64,000 nt of DNA, from NCBI RefSeq assembly GCF_032444005.1, contig NC_091288.1, forward strand, positions 221,836,001 through 221,900,000. Reading direction: 5' to 3'. A program made the position numbers and the translations under genes. Under the pieces are notes generated by a model, which was not told the DNA's origin, made no database searches, and saw only the letters and a list, made by a program, of their open reading frames with translations. Shown in pieces: positions 37,044 through 48,555 of the stretch (position 1 is its first letter; the number at the start of each line of letters is the position of its first letter). The DNA comes from Ranitomeya imitator (Eukaryota).

Positions 37044-37955
37044 TTACGCACTTGAAGGTCCTGAAGGTTTTTGTCTTTGACAAAAGAAGTGTTTCTGTAA
37101 CTTTGGATTGCCACTGACTAGAATCACAGATTGAAGAGAAGGATGCAGCAGGATAATTATCCAGGTAATAGTTGCCGGGAAATTTCCAATGTTCAGATAA
37201 ACTAACTTCACCCTCATGACTGCAACGCAGAACATCAAATCCAGGAATAACAGCAGAATCATTGTCCTGATGGCACAAATATGTCCCTGAAGGTGAGAAT
37301 ATTTGATATCAGACGAGTTCTTCTGAATCTTCCAGATGTGTCTAAGGAGAGATTTTACACAGAGCAGAATGCATAAAAATGTCAAAAGAAAGGGCAAAGA
37401 AGTCCCAAAAATGATCTTCACAAGTAAGAAGGACAAGTGGAAATCAAATCTATAGTCAATGACATTCGAGCTTCCATTGAAATGTAGATTTATCTGTGTA
37501 GTTGTCCATAGAAGGGGCAGATTAACGAGAATTGATCCCAAGGTTGACCCCAGGAGAAGCACATTCACAGCAGAGGACAATCTTGACTTCATCCATAGTA
37601 ACATTTGTTGGGAATAGTTGACCAGTTTTAAGCAGTAACAGATGGAGAGCCAAGAGGTGTTCCAAAAACAAATATCAATGAGAGATACGAATGTGAAAAT
37701 ATATGGTGAAAGGGGGATATCGAGGAGAAGAAGAAGAGCCTGTGAAAATAATAATCCTCCATAGATAAGTAAGACCTGGAGGAGAGCATTGACTGAAGCC
37801 ATGGCGAGGACCACCTTGTCACACCCACCAGCCGTCACATGCTGCGTCCAGTTTTTGATGTGAACTATGACAATGCCGAGATTCAAAACGATTCCTGAAA
37901 CCAAAGAGATGAAATTGATGACTAAGATGAAAACCCATGATGTTGATACCATCAT
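37044..37955 (-). CDS. TAS2R: Bitter taste receptor (TAS2R family), 303 aa
   Basis: SGIVLNLGIV (TM1), CFWNTSWLSICYCLKLVN (TM3), ECL2 sequon NGS, LPFLL...SLLRHIWKI, HPSLQSVILVSGNPKLQK. Confidence 0.94.
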   Translation of the reverse strand: MMVSTSWVFILVINFISLVSGIVLNLGIVIVHIKNWTQHVTAGGCDKVVLAMASVNALLQVLLIYGGLLFSQALLLLLDIPLSPYIFTFVSLIDICFWNTSWLSICYCLKLVNYSQQMLLWMKSRLSSAVNVLLLGSTLGSILVNLPLLWTTTQINLHFNGSSNVIDYRFDFHLSFLLVKIIFGTSLPFLLTFLCILLCVKSLLRHIWKIQKNSSDIKYSHLQGHICAIRTMILLLFLDLMFCVAVMRVKLVYLNIGNFPATITWIIILLHPSLQSVILVSGNPKLQKHFFCQRQKPSGPSSA

Positions 37956-38987
37956 GCCAGGGACCTGAGCTTTTTTCGATGTGGTATGGTGAAGACCCTT
38001 CAGTTTATGAATCCTTTTCAGAATCAGCCAGCAGGAAATGCAAAATAATCAGGTGTTACATTTCAGTATTGAGAGGGAGGTTTGCTTGTGATCAGATTTC
38101 TCTTGGGCAGTGGGTGCCAAACAGACATCATTAAAGGGAATGTGTCATGAGAAAATCACACTTTGTTTAAATCAGATTTTTGTGTTTCATGTGTTATTTT
38201 ATTTGGGAAATCTTTTCATGACATTTTCTTTATTAACCCCTTCACACCCCAGCCTTGTTTTCTCCTTCCTGACCAGCCCAATTTTTACAATTCTGACCGC
38301 TTTCACTTTATGAGGTCATAACTCCGGAGCTTCAACGGATCCCGATGATTCTGAGATTGTGTTTTCGTGACATATTGCACTTTATGACAGTGGTAAATTC
38401 AGGAGAATATTTTTTTTTAGCTTACTTGTAAAAATATCAGAAATTTTGGAGACAATTTTGAAAATTTTGCAATTTCAAACTCAAGGAGCTACATCACAGA
38501 AAATAGCTAACAAATAACATTTCCCACGTGTCTACTTTACATCAGCACAATTCTTGAAACATATTTTTTTTTGTTAGGAAGGGTTAAAAGTTCATCAGTG
38601 ATTTCTCATTTTTCAAACAAAATTTACAAAACCAATTTTTATTGACCACGTCACATTTGAAGTGACTTTGAGGGGCCTATATGACAGAAAATACCCAAAA
38701 GTGACACCATTCTAAAATTTGCACCCATCAAGGTGCTCAAAACCACATTCAAGAAGTTTATTAACCCTTCTGGTGTTTCACAGGAATCAAAGCAATGTGG
38801 AATTCAAAAATAAACATTTCCTTTTTATGACAAAAATGTTACTTAAGCCCCAAATCTTGCATTTTTACAAGGGTAACATGAGAAAATGCACCATATAATC
38901 TGTTGTGGAATTTCTGCTCAGTACGCCAATACCCAATATATTGGGGAAAACTATGGATGCATGGCAGGGCTCGGAAGGGATGAGCAC

Positions 38988-39277
38988 TAGTGATGAGCGA
39001 GTGTACTCGTTGCCCAGGTTTTCCCGAGCACGCTCGGGTGTTCTCCGAGTATTTTGGCGTGCTCGGAGATTCAGTTTGAGTCCCCACAGCTGTATGATTT
39101 GTCGCTGCTAGACAGCCTGAATACATGTGGGAATGTCTTTTTGTTAGGGAATCCTAACATGTATTCAGGCTGTCCCAGCAGCCGCAAATCATACAGCTGT
39201 GGGGACTCAAACTAAATCTCCGAGCACGCCGAAATACTCGGGATAACCCGAGCTACAAGTATACTCGCTCATCACTA
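38988..39277. mobile_element. hAT-type MITE, 290 bp, palindromic
   Basis: TIR TAGTGATGAGCGAGT / ACTCGCTCATCACTA; 8-bp TSD ATGAGCAC. Confidence 0.92.
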
Positions 39278-40608
39278 ATGAGCACCGGTTGACTTTTTGA
39301 AAGCAAAAATGGCTGGAATCGTGAGCGAACGCCATGTCGTGTTTGGAGAGCCCCTAATATGCCTAAACAGTAGAAACCCCCACAACTGACCCCATTTTCG
39401 GAATTAGACCCCTCAAGGAATGCATCTAGATGTGTGGTGAGCACCTTGAACCCCCAGGTACTTCACAAAATCTCATAACGTTGGGCTGAGAAAATAAAAA
39501 ATCACATTTTTCCCACAAAACTTTTGTTTTAACCCCATATTTTGTGTTTTCACCCATATTTTGTGTTTTCACAAGGTTAACAGGAAAAAATGTACCATAT
39601 AATTTGTTGTGCAATTTCTCCGGAGTACGTTGATACCTTATATGTAATGGATACCTGCTGTTTCAGTGCTCAGCAAGGCGAAGCATTTGAATTTTGGAGC
39701 ACAAAACTGTCTGGGATAGATAGTGCACACTATGTCACATTTGGAGAGCCCCTCACATGACTAAATAGTGACCCCTCAAGGAATTCAGTTAGATGTGTGG
39801 TGAGCATTTTAAATCCCCAGGTGCTTCACAAAATTTTATAACATTGAGCCGACAAAATAAAAAATCATATTTTTCCCACAAAAATGTTAATTTAGCCTCA
39901 CATTTTCCATTTTAACAAGGGCAACAGGAGAAAATGCACATAACAATTTGTTGTGCAATTTCTGCTCAGTACGCCGATTCCCAACATGTTGGGGAAAACT
40001 ACTGTTTGGACTCATGGCAGGGCTCAGAAGGGATGGATCACTGTTTGACTTTTTGAATGCAAAAATGGCTGGAATCGAAAGTGGACACAATGTCGTGTTT
40101 GGAGAGCCCCTGATGTGCTAAAACAGTAGAAACCTCCCCAACTGACCCAATTTTGGATACTAGACCCCTCAAGGAATGCATCTAGATTTGTGGTGGGCAC
40201 CTTGAACCCCTGGGTGCTTCACAGAATTTTGTAACGTTTGGCTGAGAAAAGAAAAATCATATTTTTTTTGGAATGGTCTTCGGGCGTCATGTTGCTATTG
40301 CAAAATACATAATGTGCCTGATGTGACTAAACAGTAGAACCCCCCATAAGTGACCCCATTTTACAAACTACACCTCTCAATTAATTAATCTAGGGATGCA
40401 GTGCTCATATTGACCCCACAAGTATGTCACTGAATTTTATATCATTGGGCAGTGAAACATTTTGTTTTAGCCCCAGATTTTACATTGTCACATGAGGAAA
40501 TGGAAAATATGGCACCAGATTTGTTCCAGAATTTCTGCAGAACATGGCAATACCTCATATGTGACTAAACATTGCTGCTTGGCGAGACTCGGGAGGGACG
40601 GAGATCTA

Positions 40609-41995
40609 CAGCTCTGGCAAAAATGAAGAGACCACTGTGTTGGGGCTAGCGGAACGCACCAAGTAATGAGTAGGTAGCTACAAGGTGTGTTCGCAGCCCG
40701 GTGTCCACCGTGCAGAGATATCTGCTGCTAAGTAATAGCGGATGGACTCTGAGCTCACACGTGGGTTAGGCTTCACCCCATTTGAACTGGTAGCGAACTC
40801 TGTTGCCTCACAGAGTCACGCTGTACACAATAACTAAATACCCTAACTAGGCTAATTGCCCCCACAGACGCTAGCTGCCTGCCTGAGTGTACAGTCCCAA
40901 TGCTAACAGCTTCACACCACATAAGAACTGAGTGGTATAGTATCCACTGGCATAAGCCAAAACACATTTGATACTAGCGCATGGCCGTGCAGCCATGCGA
41001 GCCTTATATAGCTGCAGCAAGTAAAAGACCTTCCAAGAAGGACCAATGAGAGACTGCCATACCTGAGCATGTGACCCTAAATCTCCACTGAGAGATCTTG
41101 CCCTGGGCATGCTCAGTATGTGCAAAGCAGGATTTAGACCTAGCACTTAAAGGACCTTCCAAGAAGGACCAATGGCCTTAGCTGCAGTATCTGATCATGT
41201 GTCCCTTTATCTCCACTGAGAGATCTCACTCTGGGCATGTTCAGAACGTGAAAAGCAGGACTTAGTCCCAGAAGCGTCTGCTCGCCGCTGCCCAGTACTG
41301 ACTTCAATGGCAGAAGCAGGAAATGCAGCAGTAACTCTTAGCACAGAGTCAGACTGAGCGAGACGCTGGGATCAATGTCTCCGCTGAGCAGACTCCACTG
41401 CGGCAGGAGAAGAATGGGAGACCGCAGCGGAGATGGCCTGAGATTCACTCTGTGCAGAGGCAGGAACTCGACCCCTAACACACTGCAAAATGTCCACTTT
41501 CTCTGATTTTTCTCTTTATATTTTTGAGTAAAATGTAAATTGTTCTTTTATTCTATAAACAACTGACAACATGTCTCCGAAGTTCCAAGCAATAAATTTT
41601 TTATTTATTTTCTGAAAATGAGAAATGGTCAAAATAACAAAAAAAATGCATTGCTGCAGACCTCAAATAATGCAAAAAAAAAACAAGTTCATAATCATTT
41701 AGAAACAACAATACTAATGTTTTACCTGAGGAAGAGGTCAGAAATCAATATTGTGTGGAATAACCATGATTGTTAATCCCAGCTTTCCTGCGTCTTGGCA
41801 GCTTTCCACCAGTCTCTCACACGGCTCCTGGGTGACCTTATGTCACTCCTGGTACAATAATGTAAGAAGTTCTTCTTTGTTTGATGGCTTGTGACTCTCC
41901 ATCATCCTCCTGATTACATTTCAGAGGTTTTCAGTGGGGTTCAGGTCTGGAGATTGGGCGGTCCATGACAGGGATTTGATCTCGTGGTCTCTTAA
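40609..41995 (-). mobile_element. Tc1-like element, terminal fragment, split by a solo LTR
   Basis: TA-CAGCTCTGGCAAAAATGAAGAGACCACTG|CAAAATG... terminus. The minus strand at 41950-41990 resembles the transposase W(P)xQSPDLNP region. Confidence 0.7.
40638..41480. repeat. Solo LTR, gypsy family 1, with an internal duplication of about 120 bp
   Basis: TGTTGGGG...CCCTAACA; 5-bp TSD CACTG; duplicated block at about 41027-41145 and 41152-41270. Confidence 0.92.
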
Positions 41996-44192
41996 TTTAT
42001 GCCAGAGCTGTATTTTACTCTGGGAAAACAAATTTTGCTAGAATAGTTTGCTGACTCCATATACAGAGCCCCTAAGCGCCAGAACAGCAGAATCCTCCCC
42101 TCACGTGACCCCACTTTGGAATTACATCCTTCCATAAATTTACCTACAGATGTACTTACGATTTTGACTCCATTGGCATTTTCCAGAAACAAGCAGAAGT
42201 GGTTGAAAATTGCAAATCTGCCAGTGTAGTGCCCATTACATTGCACTGTCCATTCTTTGTAGTGCCCACACGTTGTTGTGCCCACTACATTGTAGTGCCC
42301 ATACATGACACCAGCTCATGCTTCTGGAGACATGGACCCTTTTAATCAGGTGGGTTCTCATCACTACAGAAATGCCAGCCATGTGGACACTAAATGTGGT
42401 TTAGGCACACTGGGGCTCAGAAGGGAGGGGCCACTGGGAAACGCAGGATTCACTGGTTTTCTTTTGAGAGGCAAGGATACATAGCACTTTTCTGGAGCCT
42501 TTGTACTACCAGCAATGTGGAAGCCCCCTATATTTATGTTAACAGATTATGGACCTGAGTGGGAACTTGCTTTTTTTGTGACTTGAGTTGAGGCTTTTGT
42601 TGAGAACATTTTACGTAACATTTTGGACCACTTTTGTTCTGTGCTCTATGCTGAGCACTTATATTGAGGTGTCAAGCTAAATCTCCAAATTACATGATTC
42701 AGATGAAACCCACGAGGGATCCATTCACTAAAATGCGGCAACAGACTTACTCTAGACTGCGTCTGGCCTCTGTTCAGGGGTGCCCTTTTTTCAGAGGTGC
42801 ACAAACCTATGTCTGACCGCACTTTTATACACTGTTAAAAAGACAAACACCACCAGATCAGCAACTACAGTGTCTCCATCTAACTCATTATAGGAAATCT
42901 GTTGGGGGTTCTGTCTGAATCACATATTTCAGAGATTTACACGAAAACCCCGTTATAAGAGCTCAGTGCAGAGCACAGGATAAATGTGAACCAAGCCTTA
43001 CTGTGATCTTTGGGAGGCAGAATGAACAAATCAACAGTAGGTGAAGAATGTTTTATTTGTTTTTTTTTATGCTGTTCCTCATGCGGAATAAGCAATTAGG
43101 TGACTTTATTCTTTGGGTTGGCGCCATTACAGCGATATCAGATTTATATCGGTTTTTGTGTTTGGGTGCGGTCACACGATATAAAACACTTTTTATTGTA
43201 AAAACAAGCATTTGCATCACCGTTTTCTAAGAGCCATAATTTTACTATATTCCTGCAGACAGAGTCATTTTTGGGTTTGTTTGTTGCGGGACAAGTTAAT
43301 GTTTTTATTTGTACAAATTTCGAACACATGACATTTTTGATTGCTTTCTAGTCCCATTTTCGGGAGGCAGAATGAACAAGATCAAGCAATTCAGGAATTG
43401 TTTTGGTTTTTTTTTATGCCGTTTCACGTGTGGTAAAATTGATAAGGCAGCTTTATTCTTTGGGAATAGATGAGAGAGATGCCACCTGGGCTGCTGACAA
43501 ACATGTATCCCTTTAGTCATTATTTCTTACATGGTTTTTATTATTGTATGTTGTGCTTGAGAACTGATACAAGTAACGAGTCAGATATCCAGGTCAGTCA
43601 TGTATCACAGCGGCTTATGGTATCTGATGATGGAATGAGAGGCTTTCACTTTTCTGTAAATCTTCAGCTTCTGATGTGATGATCACCACGGCCAGCTCTT
43701 ATTGTGCATGCAGATGTTGTAGCTTTCATGTTCACAGACTTATAATTCACAGTCACAAGTGATTTCCATATGTAAAACCTGAGGATTCAGTGAAATCTAT
43801 TGTTGTTCTTTCTCTGGTTGATAGTTATGTAAATCCCCAGTTTTGCTATTCAAACTGCGGTCGGGTTTCTGTTACATTGTACAAATCATCCTTCAAGTCC
43901 TCTGAGAAGTGAGATGATGAGGCTGCTGCTAGAGACGGGAGGATTCATGGATATTCGGGTCCGTCGGGTTCTGCCGAACTTTAAAAGAAATTTTGGTTTG
44001 GGTAACAGAACAGTACCTGAAATTGATCCCCAATCCGAACCCCATTTACTTGAATATCAGGCCTGAACAGCAGGTGGTTCCCACGGTGTCCTCTGTATGA
44101 CAGCGTGGTAAACAGCAGCTCTGATCGGCGGTAACCTTACTGAAGTCACCGCTGGTAACAGTCGCTGGGTATTGCGGAGAGCTACACATTCC

Positions 44193-44995
44193 TGTTATAA
44201 TAGGCAATTCAGTAACACAATGTACATAGCGATCAGAGCACATACAGTGATCTGACAATAACCCAAAATAATAGAACGAGCTCTGAGACGTGGGAACTCT
44301 GTAGACCGCAATTCCTGATCCTCTCCAAACACAACTAGAGGCAGCCGTGGATTGCGCCTAACGCTCCCTATGCAACTCGGCACAGCCTGAGAAACTAACT
44401 AGCCTGAAGATAGAAAAATAAGCCTACCTTGCCTCAGAGAAATACCCCAAAGGAAAAGGTAGCCCCCCACATATAATGACTGTGAGTAAGATGAAAAGAC
44501 AAACGTAGGGATGAAATAGATTCAGCAAAGTGAGGCCCGATATTCTAGACAGAATGAGGATAGGAAAGATAACTTTGCGGTCTACACAAAACCCTAAAGA
44601 AAACCACGCAAAGGGGGCAAAAAGACCCTCCGTACCGAACTAACGGCACGGAGGTACACCCTTTGCGTCCCAGAGCTTCCAGCAAAACAAATAGACAAGC
44701 TGGACAGAAAAAATAGCAACAAATAGCAAAGAAGCACTTAGCTATGCAGAGCAGCAGGCCACAGGAATGATCCAGAGAAACACAAGTCCAACACTGGAAC
44801 ATTGACAGGAAGCATGGATCAAAGCATTAGGTGGAGTTAAGTAGAGAAGCAGCTAACGAGCTCACCAGATCACCTGAGGGAGGAAACTCAGAAGCTGCAG
44901 TACCACTTTCCTCCACAAACGGAAGCTCCCAGAGAGAATCAGCCGAAGTACCACTTGTAACCACAGGAGTGAACTCTGCCACAGAATTCACAACA
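44193..44995 (-). repeat. 3' LTR, gypsy family 2
   Basis: TGTTAT...CACAACA; follows the PPT on the minus strand. Confidence 0.96.
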
Positions 44996-45016
44996 GTACC
45001 CCCCCTTGAGGAGGGG

Positions 45017-48000
45017 TCACCGAACCCTCACCAGAGCCCCCAGGCCGACCAGGATGAGCCACATGAAAGGCACGAACAAGATCGGGAGCATGGACATCAG
45101 AGGCAAAACCCAGGAATTATCTTCCTGAGCATAACCCTTCCATTTAACCAGATACTGGAGTTTCCGTCTTGAAATACGAGAATCCAAAATCTTCTCCACA
45201 ATATACTCCAATTCCCCCTCCACCAAAACCGGGGCAGGAGGCTCAACAGATGGAACCATAGGTGCCACGTATCTCTGCAACAATGACCTATGGAATACGT
45301 TATGTATGGAAAAAGAATCTGGGAGGGTCAGACGAAAAGACACAGGATTAAGAACCTCAGAAATCCTATACGGACCAATAAAACGAGGTTTAAACTTAGG
45401 AGAGGAAACCTTCATAGGAATATGACGAGAAGATAACCAAACCAGATCCCCAACACGAAGTCGGGGACCCACACGGCGTCTGCGATTAGCGAAAAGTTGA
45501 GCCTTTTCCTGGGACAAGGTCAAATTGTCCACTACCTGAGTCCAGATCTGCTGCAACCTGTCCACCACAGTATCCACACCAGGACAGTCCGAAGACTCAA
45601 CCTGTCCTGAAGAGAAACGAGGATGGAACCCAGAATTGCAGAAAAACGGCGAAACCAAGGTAGCCGAGCTGGCCCGATTATTAAGGGTGAACTCAGCCAA
45701 AGGCAAAAAGGACACCCAGTCATCCTGATCAGCAGAAACAAAGCATCTCAGATATGTTTCCAAGGTCTGATTGGTTCGTTCGGTCTGGCCATTAGTCTGA
45801 GGGTGGAAAGCCGAGGAAAAAGACAAGTCAATGCCTATCCTACCACAAAAGGCTCGCCAAAACCTCGAAACAAACTGGGAACCTCTGTCAGAAACAATAT
45901 TCTCTGGAATGCCATGCAAACGAACCACATGCTGGAAGAACAAAGGCACCAAATCAGAGGAGGAAGGCAATTTAGACAAGGGTACCAGATGGACCATCTT
46001 AGAAAAGCGATCACAGACCACCCAAATGACTGACATCTTTTGAGAAACGGGAAGGTCAGAAATAAAATCCATAGAGATATGTGTCCAAGGCCTCTTCGGG
46101 ACCGGCAAGGGCAAAAGCAACCCACTGGCATGAGAACAGCAGGGCTTAGCCCGAGCACAAATCCCACAGGACTGCACAAAAGTACGCACATCACGCGACA
46201 GAGACGGCCACCAAAAGGATCTAGCCACTAACTCTCTGGTACCAAAGATTCCAGGATGACCAGCCAACACCGAACAATGAAGTTCAGAGATAACTCTATT
46301 CGTCCACCTATCAGGGACAAACAGTCTCTCCGCTGGGCAACGATCAGGTTTATTAGCCTGAAATTTTTGCAGCACCCGCCGCAAATCAGGGGAGATGGCA
46401 GACACAATTACTCCTTCCTTGAGGATACTCGCCGGCTCAGATACACCCGGAGAGTCGGGCACAAAACTCCTAGACAGAGCATCCGCCTTCACATTTTTAG
46501 AGCCCGGAAGGTACGAAATCACAAAGTCAAAACGGGCAAAAAACAACGACCAACGAGCTCGTCTAGGATTCAAGCGTTTGGCAGACTCGAGATAAGTCAA
46601 GTTCTTATGATCAGTCAATACCACCACGCGATGCTTAGCTCCTTCAAGCCAATGACGCCACTCCTCGAATGCCCACTTCATGGCCAGCAACTCTCGGTTG
46701 CCCACATCATAATTTCGCTCAGCAGGTGAAAACTTCCTGGAAAAGAAAGCGCATGGTTTCATCACTGAGCAACCAGAACCTCTCTGTGACAAAACAGCCC
46801 CCGCTCCAATCTCAGAAGCATCAACCTCGACCTGGAACGGAAGAGAAACATCTGGCTGACACAACACAGGGGCAGAAGAAAAACGACGCTTCAACTCTTG
46901 AAAAGCTTCCACAGCAGCAGAAGACCAATTGACCAAATCAGCACCCTTCTTGGTCAAATCGGTCAATGGTTTGGCAACACTAGAAAAATTGCAGATGAAG
47001 CGACGATAAAAATTAGCAAAGCCCAGGAACTTTTGCAGACTTTTCAGAGATGTCGGCTGAGTCCAATCATGGATGGCTTGGACCTTAACCGGATCCATCT
47101 CGATAGTAGAAGGGGAAAAGATGAACCCCAAAAATGAAACCTTCTGCACACCAAAGAGACACTTTGATCCCTTCACAAACAAAGAATTAGCACGCAGGAC
47201 CTGAAAAACCGTTCTGACCTGCTTCACATGAGACTCCCAATCATCCGAGAAGATCAAAATGTCATCCAAGTACACAATCAGGAATTTATACAGGTACTCT
47301 CGGAAGATGTCATGCATAAAGGATTGAAACACTGATGGAGCATTGGCAAGTCCGAACGGCATCACTAGATACTCAAAATGACCCTCGGGCGTATTAAATG
47401 CAGTTTTCCATTCATCGCCTTGTCTGATTCTCACCAGATTATACGCACCACGAAGATCTATCTTAGTGAACCAACTAGCCCCCTTAATCCGAGCAAACAA
47501 ATCAGATAACAATGGCAAGGGGTACTGAAATTTAACAGTGATCTTATTAAGAAGGCGGTAATCTATACACGGTCTCAGCGAACCATTCTTCTTGGCTACA
47601 AAAAAGAACCCTGCTCCTAATGGCGACGATGACGGGCGAATATGCCCCTTCTCCAGGGATTCCTTCACATAACTGTGCATAGCGGCGTGCTCAGGCACGG
47701 ATAAATTAAACAGTCGACCTTTAGGGAATTTACTACCAGGAATCAAATTGATAGCACAATCACAATCCCTATGCGGAGGTAGGGCATCGGACTTGGGCTC
47801 ATCAAATACATCCCGGTAATCAGACAAGAACTCTGGAACCTCAGAAGGGGTGGATGACGAAATTGACAGAAATGGAACATCACCATGTACCCCCTGACAA
47901 CCCCAGCTGGACACCAACGTGGAATTCCAATCCAATACTGGATTATGGGCTTGTAGCCATGGCAACCCCAACACGACCACATCATGCAGATTATGCAAGA

Positions 48001-48551
48001 CCAGAAAGCGAATAACCTCCTGATGTGCAGGAGCCATGCACATGGTCAGCTGGGTCCAGTATTGAGGCTTATTCTTGGCCAAAGGTGTAGCATCAATTCC
48101 TCTCAATGGAATAGGACACTGCAAGGGCTCCAAGAAAAACCCACAACGTTTAGCATAATCCAAGTCCATCAAATTCAGGGCAGCGCCTGAATCCACAAAC
48201 GCCATGACAGAATACGACGACAAGGAGCATATCAAGGTAACGGACAGAAGAAATTTTGACTGTACAGTACCAATGGCGGCAGACCTAGCGAACCGCTTAG
48301 TGCGCTTAGGACAATCAGAGATAGCATGAGTGGAATCACCACAGTAGAAACACAGCCCATTCAGACGTCTGTGTTCTTGCCTTTCAACTCTGGTCATAGT
48401 CCTATCGCACTGCATAGGCTCAGGTTTAATCTCAGGTAATACCGCCAAATGGTGCACAGATTTACGCTCACGCAAGCGTCGACCGCTCTGAATGGCCAAA
48501 GACATAGACTCATTCAGACCAGCAGGCATAGGAAATCCCACCATGACATCC
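45017..48551 (-). pseudogene. gag C-terminus and pol (PR, RT, RNase H, integrase, chromodomain) of gypsy family 2
   Basis: 1175-aa frame with FVDSGAA, YLDDILI, VDASEIG, HCSVLAGH...C..C, D-D-E integrase residues and YLVKWKGY chromodomain. A 1-bp deletion near 45108 (A4 versus A5 in the copy at about 61365) truncates the chromodomain end. Confidence 0.93.
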
Positions 48552-48555
48552 TTAA

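Larger units (their letters stand above)
38235..43490. mobile_element. Large non-autonomous DNA-element-like repeat (TTAA-CCCCTT start) with internal units of about 370-400 bp; hosts a MITE, a Tc1 fragment and a solo LTR
   Basis: Begins ttaaccccttc. Recurrent blocks ttggagagcccc...aaacagtaga...gacccctcaaggaa at about 39340, 39740 and 40100. No coding frame. The right end is not resolved. Confidence 0.5.

Noticed and set aside
44831-45172. Plus-strand ORFs at gypsy LTR/integrase junctions (also 61041-61696)
   Set aside because: Antisense by-products with no recognisable domain, and not conserved in length between the copies.
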